From: Octopus bimaculoides | Lineage: Eukaryota | Length of the DNA: 64,000 nt | NCBI RefSeq assembly: GCF_001194135.2 | Contig: NC_068985.1 | Span: 50,716,126 to 50,780,125, forward strand | Direction: 5' to 3' | Part shown: in pieces, positions 1-11,952 of the stretch | Layout of the letters: every line of letters starts with the position of its first letter | Numbering within the stretch: the stretch's first letter is position 1 | Translations under genes and position numbers: made by a program | Notes under the pieces: model-generated | Databases searched by the model: none | What the model saw: only the letters and a program-made list of their open reading frames with translations | What the model was told of the DNA's origin: nothing

Positions 1-322
1 ACGAATAATTTAAAAAAATCACAAATTATCAATAGTCGAAGACAACCACTTAACCTCAAGAGACACCTAACAAAGGCGAGATTCACATTTGAAAAACGAA
101 TCGTTGCCAGTAACCAACTGTTGAGATCCCCGTTGTGGGACATGCGAATTAATTGAGCAAGGGACAACCAAAAGACTCAAGAATGGGAAGAAATTAAAAG
201 CGAATACAAACATGAATTGCAAAACAAAAACCTCATCTACTGCATCACATGCCCACAATGCAATGAAAACTACATTGGAGAGACAGGAAGAAACTGACCA
301 GCCATTTAGATGTGCATAAACA
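1..322 (+). mobile_element. Inverted, near-identical duplicate of the Penelope GIY-YIG segment at 803-1124
   Basis: Position i pairs with 1125-i. ORFs 67-258(-) and 867-1058(+) translate identically. The + strand reads NLIYCITCPQCNENYIGETG (GIY-YIG motif). Runs off the window edge. Confidence 0.9.
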
Positions 323-2365
323 TATATATATGAAAGTGTATGAGGATTACTTAATACAGTTTTTGAAGTGTAAAGGTGTTTTTTTTTTTAATAATTCTTT
401 TTTTTAATGTTATGAAATCTTTTATGAGGATGTTACTAACCTTTTTTGGGAAGAATTTTTTTCTAGTGTCTGAACGCTTTCGTTACACCTTTTCAAATAC
501 ACCTGCTCTTAAAGAAGAAGTTGTTATTTTTGTGGTAGTGATAGAATTATTTCCGGTTTATTTTCGGACTTTTGGTTTTGATCATAAATACTGTTTTACC
601 ATTGTTTATAATATGGTGTGTTGGTTATTTTCTGTTTAATCTCGGATTGAGAATTCTTATAAAGTATTCTTCTTTTGACTTTCGTAGTCGTACATTTTCA
701 TCGTTTATTTTATAAAATGGGAATATTTTAAAGTTTCCATTTGCACAGATATCTAAATGCTCACTGCATGGGACATTCCTAAGAGATGAATCCCTAATTT
801 GTTGTTTATGCACATCTAAATGGCTGGTCAGTTTCTTCCTGTCTCTCCAATGTAGTTTTCATTGCATTGTGGGCATGTGATGCAGTAGATGAGGTTTTTG
901 TTTTGCAATTCATGTTTGTATTCGCTTTTAATTTCTTCCCATTCTTGAGTCTTTTGGTTGTCCCTTGCTCAATTAATTCGCATGTCCCACAACGGGGATC
1001 TCAACAGTTGGTTACTGGCAACGATTCGTTTTTCAAATGTGAATCTCGCCTTTGTTAGGTGTCTCTTGAGGTTAAGTGGTTGTCTTCGACTATTGATAAT
1101 TTGTGATTTTTTTTAATTATTCGTTGGAGATTTGGTGATTGATGTAGCATTGGGATGTGTCGTTTGGGTGAGTGCAGGGTGTTGTGGTTTCTAGGATTGT
1201 GGGTGGCTACAAACGAAATAATTGTATTTGTATCTTTATTTTCACACCTAGCCTGAGTGTTTCTCCGTCAGGTACAGGTCGGAATTTCCTATGCTTTTGT
1301 TATGGCATGTTGAATTAACTTGTTGGGTTATTTTTGTTATTGAAGGAATATATTAAGTTCTGCCAGTCGTTACTCTCGTCTAACAGTATCTGTGACTATT
1401 GAACATATGCGCTTTGCCATGTTAAATGGTATGTTCCTTTTTGTATGGGAAGGGTGGCAAGATCTAAAATCTAGATATTAGTGTGTGTCTGCGTTCTTGT
1501 AACTGTCTCATTTCCTTTAACTATCAAGATGTCCAGACAGGGGAGTTCCTGTTCACTCATTTCCATTGTGAATTGGATTGAGACATGAATGCTATTTATT
1601 AATTTAAGAAATTTTGTAAGGTCCTCCTTATTTCGGTTCCAAAATATAAAGCAGTCATCTAAGAATCTTTTCCAGTTTCCTATAAGGTAGGTTTGGAAGT
1701 GGTGAGCAAAAGTAGTTTTGGATAGGGTATATATTTTTTTCTTCTAGGTATCCCATTACTAGTGTAGATAATGTTGGTGCGACTTTCGTCACTATCGCAG
1801 TGCCTTGTATTTGTAGATAATATTGATTATCAAAGAAGTAGTTGGTTTCCAGTACTATCTGTAAACCTTCAAGTATAAATTCTTTTGAGAATCTCTCCTG
1901 AATTCTTTGTGGGCATTTGTTTATCCAGAATTCTACTGTTACTAGTCCATATATGTGGGGAGTATTTATATAGAGACTAGTTACGTCAAAGTTAATTAGC
2001 ACTATCTCTTTATCTACCCGTTCTGGGATATGGTTTAAGACGTCCATGTGATTTCTGATGGAACTGGGAACTAATCTACATAAAGGTTTTAAAATTATGT
2101 CCAGCAAGCTGCTTAATCTTTGGGTGTTGGGTGCTGGTCCTGCAACAATCAGACGCAATTTGAGATAGTTGATTTGGGAATCTTTATTATGGAGTATGGA
2201 GGTGTTTTAAGCTGTTGCTGATCTGTTTGGATTTATGGATTTTAGGAAGTCTGTAAAAATTACTTCTTTTCACTTCAAAATTGATGAGGTAACCCAACTC
2301 CTTTTTTTTATTAAATCAGCCTTGAATTTGTTGTAAATTTGCTAGTTTTGTTCATAGTTCGTTGT
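323..2365 (-). mobile_element. Decayed Penelope-like retroelement (RT + GIY-YIG endonuclease + 3' tail)
   Basis: Minus strand gives LPKIHK (~2240), FDVTSLYINTP and QGTA (ORF 1655-2158), RFLDDCFIFW (~1650), IYCITC..C...YIGETG (~840-895) and KEEYFIRILNPRLN (ORF 625-813). Multiple frameshifts; 5' truncated. Confidence 0.9.
466..502 (-). ncRNA. Putative decayed minimal type I hammerhead ribozyme in the Penelope 3' tail
   Basis: Minus strand GTGTAT-TTGAAAA-G(GTGTAA)C-GAAA-GCGTT-C-AGACAC: stem I 5/6 paired, core CUGANGA with two transitions, GAAA intact, quasi-palindromic stem III, UUC triplet. Confidence 0.4.
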
Positions 2366-2375
2366 TGTGCGAGAG

Positions 2376-4030
2376 TACGACACGCCCTGGCGCGAATGGA
2401 TTGGACCACTACATATAAATAGTAACAATCTGAGTAAAGTGACCTAGTTCATGGTAGTTTTTTTTTTTACTGTTCGTTTCACCATTTTTTATCCCTGTTA
2501 AACGTGAGTTGCATTGTTAATTATTTGTTGAAGGTCTCCCGCAAGGGTGAGCCTAATTGTTGAATTTCATTGTTGAATTGTTGAATTGTTAGTTGCTGTT
2601 TTTTTGTTTTGTTTTTTTTTGCTGTGATTTTGTGTTTGTTTTCTTCCACATTTATGGGCGAAGTAGAAGAAAAAAGAAGAATGAAGCGCGAACCAGTTCC
2701 AGCCGGCAGCTGTGCTTCGGCCACTGGAAGAAGTTTAACTGCTGACGCACTAGAGGTTCAAGAAGTTAAAATTGAGCCAAAAACGCTAAAGAAATACAAC
2801 AGAGTTATCGAGAAGGAAGGAACCAGTTTGAAGTTGACCTCGCCGGAAAATTTCACAGCTAGCGTAACGAAGCGGGCAGTGATATATAGAACGCTGTCCA
2901 CGGCAACGAAAAGAATAGAAATAGCCACAGTAGAGGCCATAGAGGAGTGTTTGAAGGAAGTAAAAACCTCACAACATTCTACACCAGAGGGAGAAGATAC
3001 GGCACAGTGGAGGGAAGGTTCGCTAGCGAACAAGAAGCGATAAACCACTCCACTGTGGCGCTAAAGATACCAGAGTGGTTACTTCTGCCCACTTACTGTG
3101 GCAAACGAGTGACCAGGGTAAGGATTGGCAGAGTACCCCCGGAGATTGAGGAGGTGTGGCTGGTGGCAGCCATTATGTATAATATGGAGGAGGACATAAA
3201 AGTGTTGAAAGTAACGAGGACGTGGCCATCCAAGTCAGTTTACAAGACTTACACAAGATAGTGGAGGAGGTGATACTTCCGGAAGACGTGAGATTGAGAC
3301 TAGTGTTGGTAGGAAGACCTCCAATCTGTTACCAGTGTGGAGTAAGAGGATACATGAGAGCAAGGTGTCTCCAGAAAGACGATAAAGGTGTATAGGAACA
3401 GCAGCAGGGTACCGAGCGGGAACAGAGTGCTGAAGTGATGGCCCCAATAAGTCAGAAGTGTCCGGAGAAGGTGGAGGAGAAATATACGGTGGTAAAGAGA
3501 AAAAAAGAAAAAGAAGAAAAACGTGGACTCACCGCCAAAGAGTCCGTTAAAGAAAAGGAAGGAAAGTAAACAGGAAGAGACACGACATGAGATTCCAACA
3601 ACATGAGCAAGGGAAGCCAACGTGAAAAATCAAGTGGGACTACAGGAACAAGTAATTAAAAAAGAACCGAAAAATAAATGGCATATGGTGACTTATACGA
3701 AAAGCACGGAGATTGAAAAGAAAATGACGAAAATGAAGTCGATAATAACAGTGAAGCTAACAACAGAATACTATCCAGAGAATACCAAGGCAATTGTACT
3801 TGACAAGGAGAGATATGCAAGACTAAGAGAATGGTTTGGAAATAGGATAGATGCAACAGAAGTACTCGTGGAGTTCGACGATTTTCCGCCAGTAATAGAT
3901 TATGAGGACCCACTGCCTTACTTAAATGGTAAAAAAAAGTAAATAAATGTTTGAAACTTTAATAACTGTAACACAGATGCAAAAAGAAAAAAATAAGAGG
4001 GAAAAAATGATAAAAACGTTAAACTAAATC
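2376..4030 (+). mobile_element. Tx1/L1-type LINE ORF1 remnant (RRM-like + CCHC knuckle), frameshifted, no ORF2 visible
   Basis: Pieces KRAVIYR, LLPTYCGKRVTRVRIGRVPPEI, and LVGRPPICYQCGVRGYMRARC (CCHC with H>Y, ~3300-3370). Last segment 3622-3942 ends in a stop followed by AATAAA and an A-rich tract. Confidence 0.65.
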
Positions 4031-4051
4031 ATTTAAATGGTACTGCTTGCG

Positions 4052-5690
4052 AGTGGGGAGCATGCAGCCATTTCATCTTCATTATTATTGTTCATCCTTC
4101 ATTGGTTCTGTGTTTTTTGTCCCCACTGTGATATTCTGTCTGTCTTTGTGCTGTCCCCTCTGTGTATAGGCCTGAGTGCTTAAATAAAGAAAAGAGTTCC
4201 TGCTAGTTCCACAGTTCTTGCGTTGATAGTTCAAAGTTGGAGTTCAAAGCTTACAGTTCGAGTTAGTGTGTTGGATAGTTGGTTCTTAAAAGATTGTTGT
4301 TAAGTTCCGTGTGGTTACTGCCGTTTGTTTTGGTTATATTGTTATCACATTGTTGCAGTGTATTCGTTTATCCATAAGGATATAACATTTGGCGACGAGG
4401 ATCGTTCGAAACTCACATTGGTTATTTGACAATCTCCATGTCATGGAAAGCCTATTAGCCGCAGTAGTACAGCTTCAAGAGAAGCAACAGGAACAACTAC
4501 AGGAGTTGCAAAAACAAATACAACGACAACAGTTAACTGAATTATAGTCGGTGAAGTCCAAAAATCCAGTAAGCTCGTTTACGCGAGATGGCATGGCTTA
4601 TACAATTTCTGAATTTACGTATAATCTGGAGGAAGGTATTACGTTTCCAGCGTATTATAAAAGATACGAGGAAATTTTTAACAACGAATGCAAGTCATGG
4701 TCGGAGAAGCAGAAAGTAAAGCTTTTACTACGCAAGGTAGCTCCTGCCGAACAAGAGCGTTAGTATAACTTTATTCTGCCCAAAAAGTCGAGTGAGACTG
4801 GTTTCCAAGAAACCATGGAATTGCTTTCAAAAGATTTTGTAATAGAAGTTCATTATTCAACATCAGAATGGAGAGTTGGAACTTAACAAAAGATGAGGAG
4901 GAGGATTTTATCGCCAACGCCCGAATAACCAAACTGCAGGATCTCACTCAGGATATGTTTAAACCACTTATTTTCGTGCAAAGAGTTATAGCATCTGAAG
5001 ATAGAGAAATTCGGGCAAGGATTCTCTCGAAAATGGAGCAAACGAACCAGGATTTATCTCCACAGACCATCGCAGAAGAATATCAGACTATAGTAAATTT
5101 TAAACATGATGTGAAAAAAAAACAAAACAAGATAAAGACTCTGCAAAAAATTGAAATGTGTCGTCCCCGGGAAGCACAATAAAAAAAAAGTGTCAGGTCC
5201 AAACTCGTGTTATGGTTGTGGGAGCCTACACTACAAAAAGGATTGTCTGTTTAAAAGCAAAAGATGCTTTAGTTGTCAGAAGCTGGGACACAGGAGTTCT
5301 CATTGTAGAACAAGTCTACGAAGCTCAAACACAAAAAGTTCTAAGGTGTTTTCAGCGGAGAGTGATTGCGGCGGAAAAAACAGGAAAATTCGTGCACGTA
5401 AAAATAAATGATGTGAATACCAAATTACAGTTAGACACAAGTAGTGACATCTCGATTATAAATGCGGATACTTGGGAAAAAATTGGTAAACCGAGATTAC
5501 ATAAAACAGCGAAAATAGCGCGTGGTGTAACGGGCGATGAATTACAGTACATGGGCAAAACATGTATCGACGTCACATTTCGAGGAGAGACACGCGAAGC
5601 AAAATTATTCGTTGTGAATAATATAAACAATTTGTTTGGCACAGATTGGTTAAAACTATTCGATTTATGGCACCTCCCCATACATAAGTA
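4052..5690 (+). mobile_element. 3'-truncated Ty3/Gypsy LTR retrotransposon (5' LTR ~4052-4387, PBS, gag, protease)
   Basis: LTR-like block with AATAAA ending in CA at 4387, then a PBS. Gag-like ISEFTYNLEEGITFPAYYKRYE, knuckles CYGCGSLHYKKDC and CFSCQKLGHRSSHC, aspartic protease LQLDTSSDISII. No RT. LTR start is uncertain. Confidence 0.85.
4390..4402 (+). promoter_or_regulatory. Primer-binding site, complementary to the 3' end of tRNA-Ser(GCU)
   Basis: TGGCGACGAGGAT lies 2 nt after the LTR-terminal CA and matches the reverse complement of the eukaryotic tRNA-Ser(GCU) 3' end ...AUCCUCGUCGCCA (from recall). Confidence 0.75.
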
Positions 5691-6330
5691 GCATCTCAAT
5701 CTTCTCCCTCCCACTGTAATATTTAGCTCTTGTCCGGTGTAGAGTTCTATATGATCAGGAATTTTGTTCAGATTTTCTGGTTTGACTTGGATGATAACTA
5801 CCAATCTAATACCGAATAAATTTTCTGTCGATGCTTCTTAATTTCTAGAAGGAAATTATCTCCCTCTAGAAATATCAGATGTCCAATTCTACCGGCATGT
5901 ACGAAATGCTAATCTTTAAATGCGCCGACCTAAGTACGTCGGAATGAAAAGAAAATCTCACTGAAGCACACACACACAAAGTAGAATGGCTTCGTGTGTG
6001 TGCTTTTCTAGTTGGGCATGAATGGCTTTTTCTACTCGTCGGTTCATAAACAAGACATGACGATAGATCACTGTTCTCTTGACTGTTTGTTCCAGAAGGT
6101 CGCGTGGTTCCAACAAAGATGCTTTTGTTTCTTCAAAATCGACTTGTTGCTGCAAATGGCTTCGGCGTTGGTGGTGTTACTGGTTTCCGAAGGCTTAGTA
6201 AATGTGATAGTGGCAGCATTGGTAGTAGTGGTGAAAGAGACGGTGAAGTTACCACTCGTTGCTGTAATGGTTTCAAAGACGGTGCTGCTACTGTTAACGT
6301 ACTTTTTCTTCCCTCGGAAATAACAAGCTT
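5690..6330 (-). mobile_element. Second, diverged Tx1-type ORF1 remnant
   Basis: Minus-strand pieces TVKRTVIYR (ORF 5958-6155), FLFIPTYLGRR, KISISYMPVELDI and IPDHIELYTGQELNITVGGRRLRCYLC (ORF 5352-5804) are collinear with the motifs of the 2376-4030 element. Confidence 0.6.
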
Positions 6331-6334
6331 GGGA

Positions 6335-6790
6335 AATCCAAATAGGACAATATATTTATAGGAAAATCTGCAGGCAATATAAGAAAAGAATCGACTAAAA
6401 CTGGTATGAGATTGGTCATATAGCATTCTCTGGAATTTTGCCATTCATACCGATAGAACTACCAAGGCAAATCGCCTAGACACAACAGTAAAAATTCGTA
6501 TAGATAAAGCTTGTCTCCTATATCATACGGATGTTTCCATGGACAACAATATCGCAGCCAAAGAACTCATTATAATACAGAAGTACAAAGGCTTAGTTAT
6601 CGAGATTGCCAAAGTGTGAAAGAAGAAAACCACAATGATACTTTCTAGCATAGCGCGCTCAGGGTAATAAAGAAGAGAAGAGAAAAATTCGTCGATATAC
6701 CAAGAAAACACTGCTTTAAAGAAATCCAGAAAATAATCCTAATGGACAGTGTGTAATTTTAAGGAAGAGCCCTAACACCTTAAATTTCAT
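6335..6790 (+). mobile_element. R4/Dong-type non-LTR retrotransposon, restriction-like endonuclease fragment
   Basis: + strand reads ILWNFAIHTDRTTKANRLDT..DVSMDNNIAAKE....KYKGLVIEIAKV, matching the ILWDF.IQTD...ANRPD...KY..L..EI..W pattern of RLE LINEs. Confidence 0.8.
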
Positions 6791-7439
6791 AGTTTTATAG
6801 CATTTTTATTGAGCACTCATGTGTACATCTGATTTTCAAAATTTATCCAGTCCTAGCGCTTTTCAACATCATAAATCAATAATCCAATGTTTTAAAAACC
6901 ATCATACCCGTTATCTACCTCAAGCGTTCAGGTGGCGTCCGTTGGATAGTGAATAAATATCAAGAAAAATCTTTCAAAATATTGATGATGATGATGATGA
7001 TTATCATTATCATTATCATCATCATCATCATCATCATCATTTTTTAAAATTTATTTATCACTAGGGCGACGGATGAGGGAGACGATAAAAAGACACCATA
7101 AAGTGTGGAGATATACGTAGAATAAAATGACTTTAAAAATGTATCCATTGTATACAGCATTAACAAAGAGTAATTAATGCAAGTATACATGGTAAACAGC
7201 AAGATTGGGTCTCCCCAATCTTCGTTGTCCAACTTAGAGAATTATACTTTACATGGTATCATCCACTCTTGCCATTTTCACCACTTTCATCCACTTTTCA
7301 GGAAATTAACTCGAAGACAGCAGCTTACTCGTCACTCTCAAACTTCAAAAAGTTGGCGAGGGCTCTACCAAAGAAGGCTTTCTCATTCCATTCACACAAG
7401 TGTTTTTTGCTATAGTCATTAGACAAAGTACAAATGGTA

Positions 7440-7720
7440 GAGTCTATCAAAGTTTCTTACTTTTGAAGTGCCAAAATAAAGCTGGTCACATGAAAAGACA
7501 AGCTATTCTCATAGTCGGTTTATCCAACAGATTCAGTTCAACAACTGTTAATACTTGTCCTTGAGATGTATCGATAGCCATAGCCAAGTTGAGTCCTACA
7601 GGAAAGAGAAGCCTTTTAAATTTAAGTGTCAATTCATTTAAATTTGGAGGTAAAAATTCGTTATGACTTTCATGACATGGGATATCATATTTTAGACTGT
7701 GATTTTTATACCAATCCAAA
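7440..7720 (-). mobile_element. Helitron PIF1-helicase C-terminal fragment
   Basis: FKRLLFPVGLNLAMAIDTSQGQVLTVVELNL, then after a frameshift VFSCDQLYFGTSKV; compare FKRLQFPV..AMTINKSQGQ and FSHGQLYVA.SRV. Confidence 0.8.
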
Positions 7721-8956
7721 GTTCTAGCAGACCTATCTAATGGTTTGTTTAATATTTGGCTGCTGTTTCTATATTGTCTTCCTACTTATGGTAATTGTCT
7801 TTATTGGACTCATACATTTAAATATACACAAGATAGCCGAGTGTTGGAGTCTTGGGTAGTAGATTGACATAATATATAAAGGTTCTTACATTGGCTCATA
7901 CAAACACGTACCTAAGGTACTAAGGGGTGCATAGAGGGTAAATTGGATTTTATTCTAGCAGATTGAACTAACCATGTTGGCTTATGCATACATATATACA
8001 TACTTAAGATTGGAGGAGATTTGGATATCATTTCTAACAGATCGACATAAAATTTTAGGGCTCCTACGTTGGCCTACACGCGGGTGCACGCACGCGCCTA
8101 CGCGCGCGCGCACACACATTCATCTTTTTGACACCAGGATATGTTCAGATATTGATTTGCTTGCTATTTCTAACAGGTCTAACTATTACGTAGATGCCCC
8201 CTTAGGTACATATATACAAATACGTTTTTTTTTTTTGTTGCTTTGTTTTGTTTTGTTTTACATAAAGCAGTAACATGTGGCTTTAGAAAGATTTGGCTGC
8301 TATTCCTACTAGGTCTAGCAATGATGTAGAATATGGTGTGTTTTAAGGCAGATTTAACTGCTATTTCTTGCAGGCTGAAATACCATGATAATGTTTTGCT
8401 TTATTTATTTTTATTTTTTTTTTTTTTTTGGTGTGTACTCGTCTCCTTTTATTGCATGTATAAACGCTTTTGCTGACACATAAAGCGTCGAAGTGCTGCA
8501 CATGTTATTGGAAGTGGAGGTCAGAAAATATATTTTGGATTTTTTTTCTTCCAAGAGCATGATACATGATGTTCAAAAGATCGGAATTCAATGTTTACTT
8601 TAAAAAGCTGCCATAGGGGATAGCAATAAAAATATAGACCAATTCCATCATCTCTTTATCACTATCTAGCTCTTATTCTTCATGTGTGTATCTAATTCTC
8701 TATCTCTTCCCATTCTAATCTTTCAGAGAGAGATAGACAGAGAGACAGACAGACAGAAAGACAGATAGGGAGAAAGAAAAAAGATAAAAGAGTGAAAGTT
8801 AGTAATTTAGGAATCGAAAAAAAAAGAAAGTTTTTACTATTTACATTTGGGATAACTGCTTCCAGAGAATTCTGCTTTTGAAAATGCAGCCAACAACCTA
8901 ACTGTTTTCCTAAGTTGTGAATTGAGTTAGACTTGGCTGATTTCCCTCTAAATGAA

Positions 8957-10585
8957 TCTATATATATAAAAATGAGAATGTGTGTCTGTCTGTCTGTCTG
9001 TGTGAATCCCTAAAACTCGAGAACTACGCTACCAATTTCATTCAAATTTTACACATGCCTTACTTAGGGTTCCAGTTGTGTTTTAGTAAAAAAAAAATTA
9101 TTAACTTCTTGCAGAGTTCGAGCACACGGCAACATAATATCTCCTCCACTATTTAAGTATTACGTGTCAAAAGTGAAACAAAAACACTCATGTCAAATAC
9201 TTTCACTTTAAAAATGAAACTATTCCACTAACTGAAACAATCACATTTCGATACTGTAGTGACAGATNNNNNNNNNNNNNNNNNNNNNNNNNNNNNNNNN
9301 NNNNNNNNNNNNNNNNNNNNNNNNNNNNNNNNNNNNNNNNNNNNNNNNNNNNNNNNNNNNNNNNNNNNNNNNNNNNNNNNNNNNNNNNNNNNNNNNNNNN
9401 NNNNNNNNNNNNNNNNNNNNNNNNNNNNNNNNNNNNNNNNNNNNNNNNNNNNNNNNNNNNNNNNNNNNNNNNNNNNNNNNNNNNNNNNNNNNNNNNNNNN
9501 NNNNNNNNNNNNNNNNNNNNNNNNNNNNNNNNNNNNNNNNNNNNNNNNNNNNNNNNNNNNNNNNNNNNNNNNNNNNNNNNNNNNNNNNNNNNNNNNNNNN
9601 NNNNNNNNNNNNNNNNNNNNNNNNNNNNNNNNNNNNNNNNNNNNNNNNNNNNNNNNNNNNNNNNNNNNNNNNNNNNNNNNNNNNNNNNNNNNNNNNNNNN
9701 NNNNNNNNNNNNNNNNNNNNNNNNNNNNNNNNNNNNNNNNNNNNNNNNNNNNNNNNNNNNNNNNNNNNNNNNNNNNNNNNNNNNNNNNNNNNNNNNNNNN
9801 NNNNNNNNNNNNNNNNNNNNNNNNNNNNNNNNNNNNNNNNNNNNNNNNNNNNNNNNNNNNNNNNNNNNNNNNNNNNNNNNNNNNNNNNNNNNNNNNNNNN
9901 NNNNNNNNNNNNNNNNNNNNNNNNNNNNNNNNNNNNNNNNNNNNNNNNNNNNNNNNNNNNNNNNNNNNNNNNNNNNNNNNNNNNNNNNNNNNNNNNNNNN
10001 NNNNNNNNNNNNNNNNNNNNNNNNNNNNNNNNNNNNNNNNNNNNNNNNNNNNNNNNNNNNNNNNNNNNNNNNNNNNNNNNNNNNNNNNNNNNNNNNNNNN
10101 NNNNNNNNNNNNNNNNNNNNNNNNNNNNNNNNNNNNNNNNNNNNNNNNNNNNNNNNNNNNNNNNNNNNNNNNNNNNNNNNNNNNNNNNNNNNNNNNNNNN
10201 NNNNNNNNNNNNNNNNNNNNNNNNNNNNNNNNNNNNNNNNNNNNNNNNNAAGAGCCCTGCTTCTCACATGGACAACTGTATGTTGGCTGCTCAAGAGTGG
10301 GCAGCAAAAAAAAACCTATTTGTATATGCTCCACAAGGGAAAACAAGGAACATAGTTTACAATGAGGTGTTATAATCACAACAGCAAGAAAGTATGTACA
10401 TGATCACCTTCTTTTACGAAACTTCATTGACTTTCATATATTTATATTGATATACATATATATACGTGTGTTTGGGTGCGTGTGTGTATATACATCTCTA
10501 TATATAAAGATGATGCGTAGTCTAGACGGCGTTTTTAGATTTCATTATTCTCTTTAACCCGGGCAACGCCGGGTATTTCTGCTAG
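8957..10585 (+). mobile_element. Helitron with both termini (interior hidden by N gap 9268-10249)
   Basis: A|TCTATATATAT at 8957; EPCFSHGQLYVGCSRVGS at ~10252; GC hairpin CCCGGG-CAACG-CCGGG at 10558-10573; CTAG|T at 10582-10586, consistent with insertion into an AT dinucleotide. Confidence 0.85.
9268..10249. other. Assembly gap (N run). Other large gaps: 11963-12595, 13796-14326, 26356-26762, 43232-44231, 52954-53308, 63667-63897
   Basis: Runs of N, mostly flanked by microsatellites; all X-rich ORFs are artefacts of these. Confidence 1.
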
Positions 10586-10924
10586 TATTATATAAAGCTT
10601 TCTTGCGAGATGGGAAATAGTAAAATATATAGTTTCGTGGCTGCTAGTTTTGTATCTTCAAAATACAAGACGGGCATTCATGGAAACAATTCACACTCTC
10701 GCACACATATTCATGTATATTTACATAATTATTTATATACATACATGTGTGCATGTATATGTATATGTATATTGTATATGTATATGTATATTGTCTACGT
10801 TTTTTTTTTGCAACGTCCTGTACCCAGATATGCATCTATATATGTATGTACATACATGTACGTATATATGAATATACTCATTCATTATTTGTATTATATA
10901 TAATATAGATAGATAGATAGACAT

Positions 10925-10966
<42 letters not shown>

Positions 10967-10976
10967 NNNNNNNNNN

Positions 10977-11029
<53 letters not shown>

Positions 11030-11854
11030 ATTCTTCTTAATTTAAGGTTTAAACTGAATTTTTGTTTTGTTTTGCTTTTTCATACAGGTTTTTGTGGACT
11101 TCGTCAGTGGGTTGTTTCAAATGCGAATGCGAACTAAATTTCGCTTGCAAGCAAAAGGCTGCCTACCATTACAACACGAGGTTTCTCAACTTACTAAAAA
11201 CACCAGTTAAATTTCCCTCAAACCACACCTTACCATCTTTTGGCCATAGGGTTGTTTCTTGTGGTTCAACTGAGATGAAACAACCAAAGTATCATTAAGA
11301 TTACAACATCACAGATAAGCACATATTTTATTTTTATTGAGTGGAGGCTTTTTATTTTGTTTTAACGTTTAAAAATATTTATTTAATATATTTGATGAAC
11401 CCCATGGAGAATGAATGCTAAAATCGATATCATCGGTGTAAGATACTAAATGATAATAAGGCATTAAGTCCTGTGACATTGATACAAGAATGTGGCAGAA
11501 TATTTGTATATCTGACACGTGGCTGATCGCAAAATAGGATAATGTGAATGCTCACCACTTACGAGATACTGGGAGAAGCACAAAATGAATTGTGATTTTG
11601 TTATAATACTTTACGAAAAAGTATGGCTGCTCCATCACGCAGGTGACTGCATGAGACTGTACCAGCGTATATATGCGTGTATGTGTATGTCTGTATTGCG
11701 CGCGCGCGCAAATGTCCACGTGCGTATACAATTAGTCGCGCAAAGAGAACGGGTAAATTGTTCCACATATGCTAACACAAATGCATCCATATGTATACAA
11801 GAATCCATATGCATATACTTATGCATGCATGTGTGTGTGTGTTTACACACACTC

Positions 11855-11887
<33 letters not shown>

Positions 11888-11903
11888 CGTATGTGTGTGT
11901 ATA

Positions 11904-11952
<49 letters not shown>

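Noticed and set aside
6133-6750. Minus-strand hydrophobic reading (SSLAAILLSMETSV*...FALVVLSV*M) that looked like GPCR TM3-TM4
   Set aside because: The + strand is a clear R4/Dong endonuclease fragment; the hydrophobic frame is its antisense shadow.
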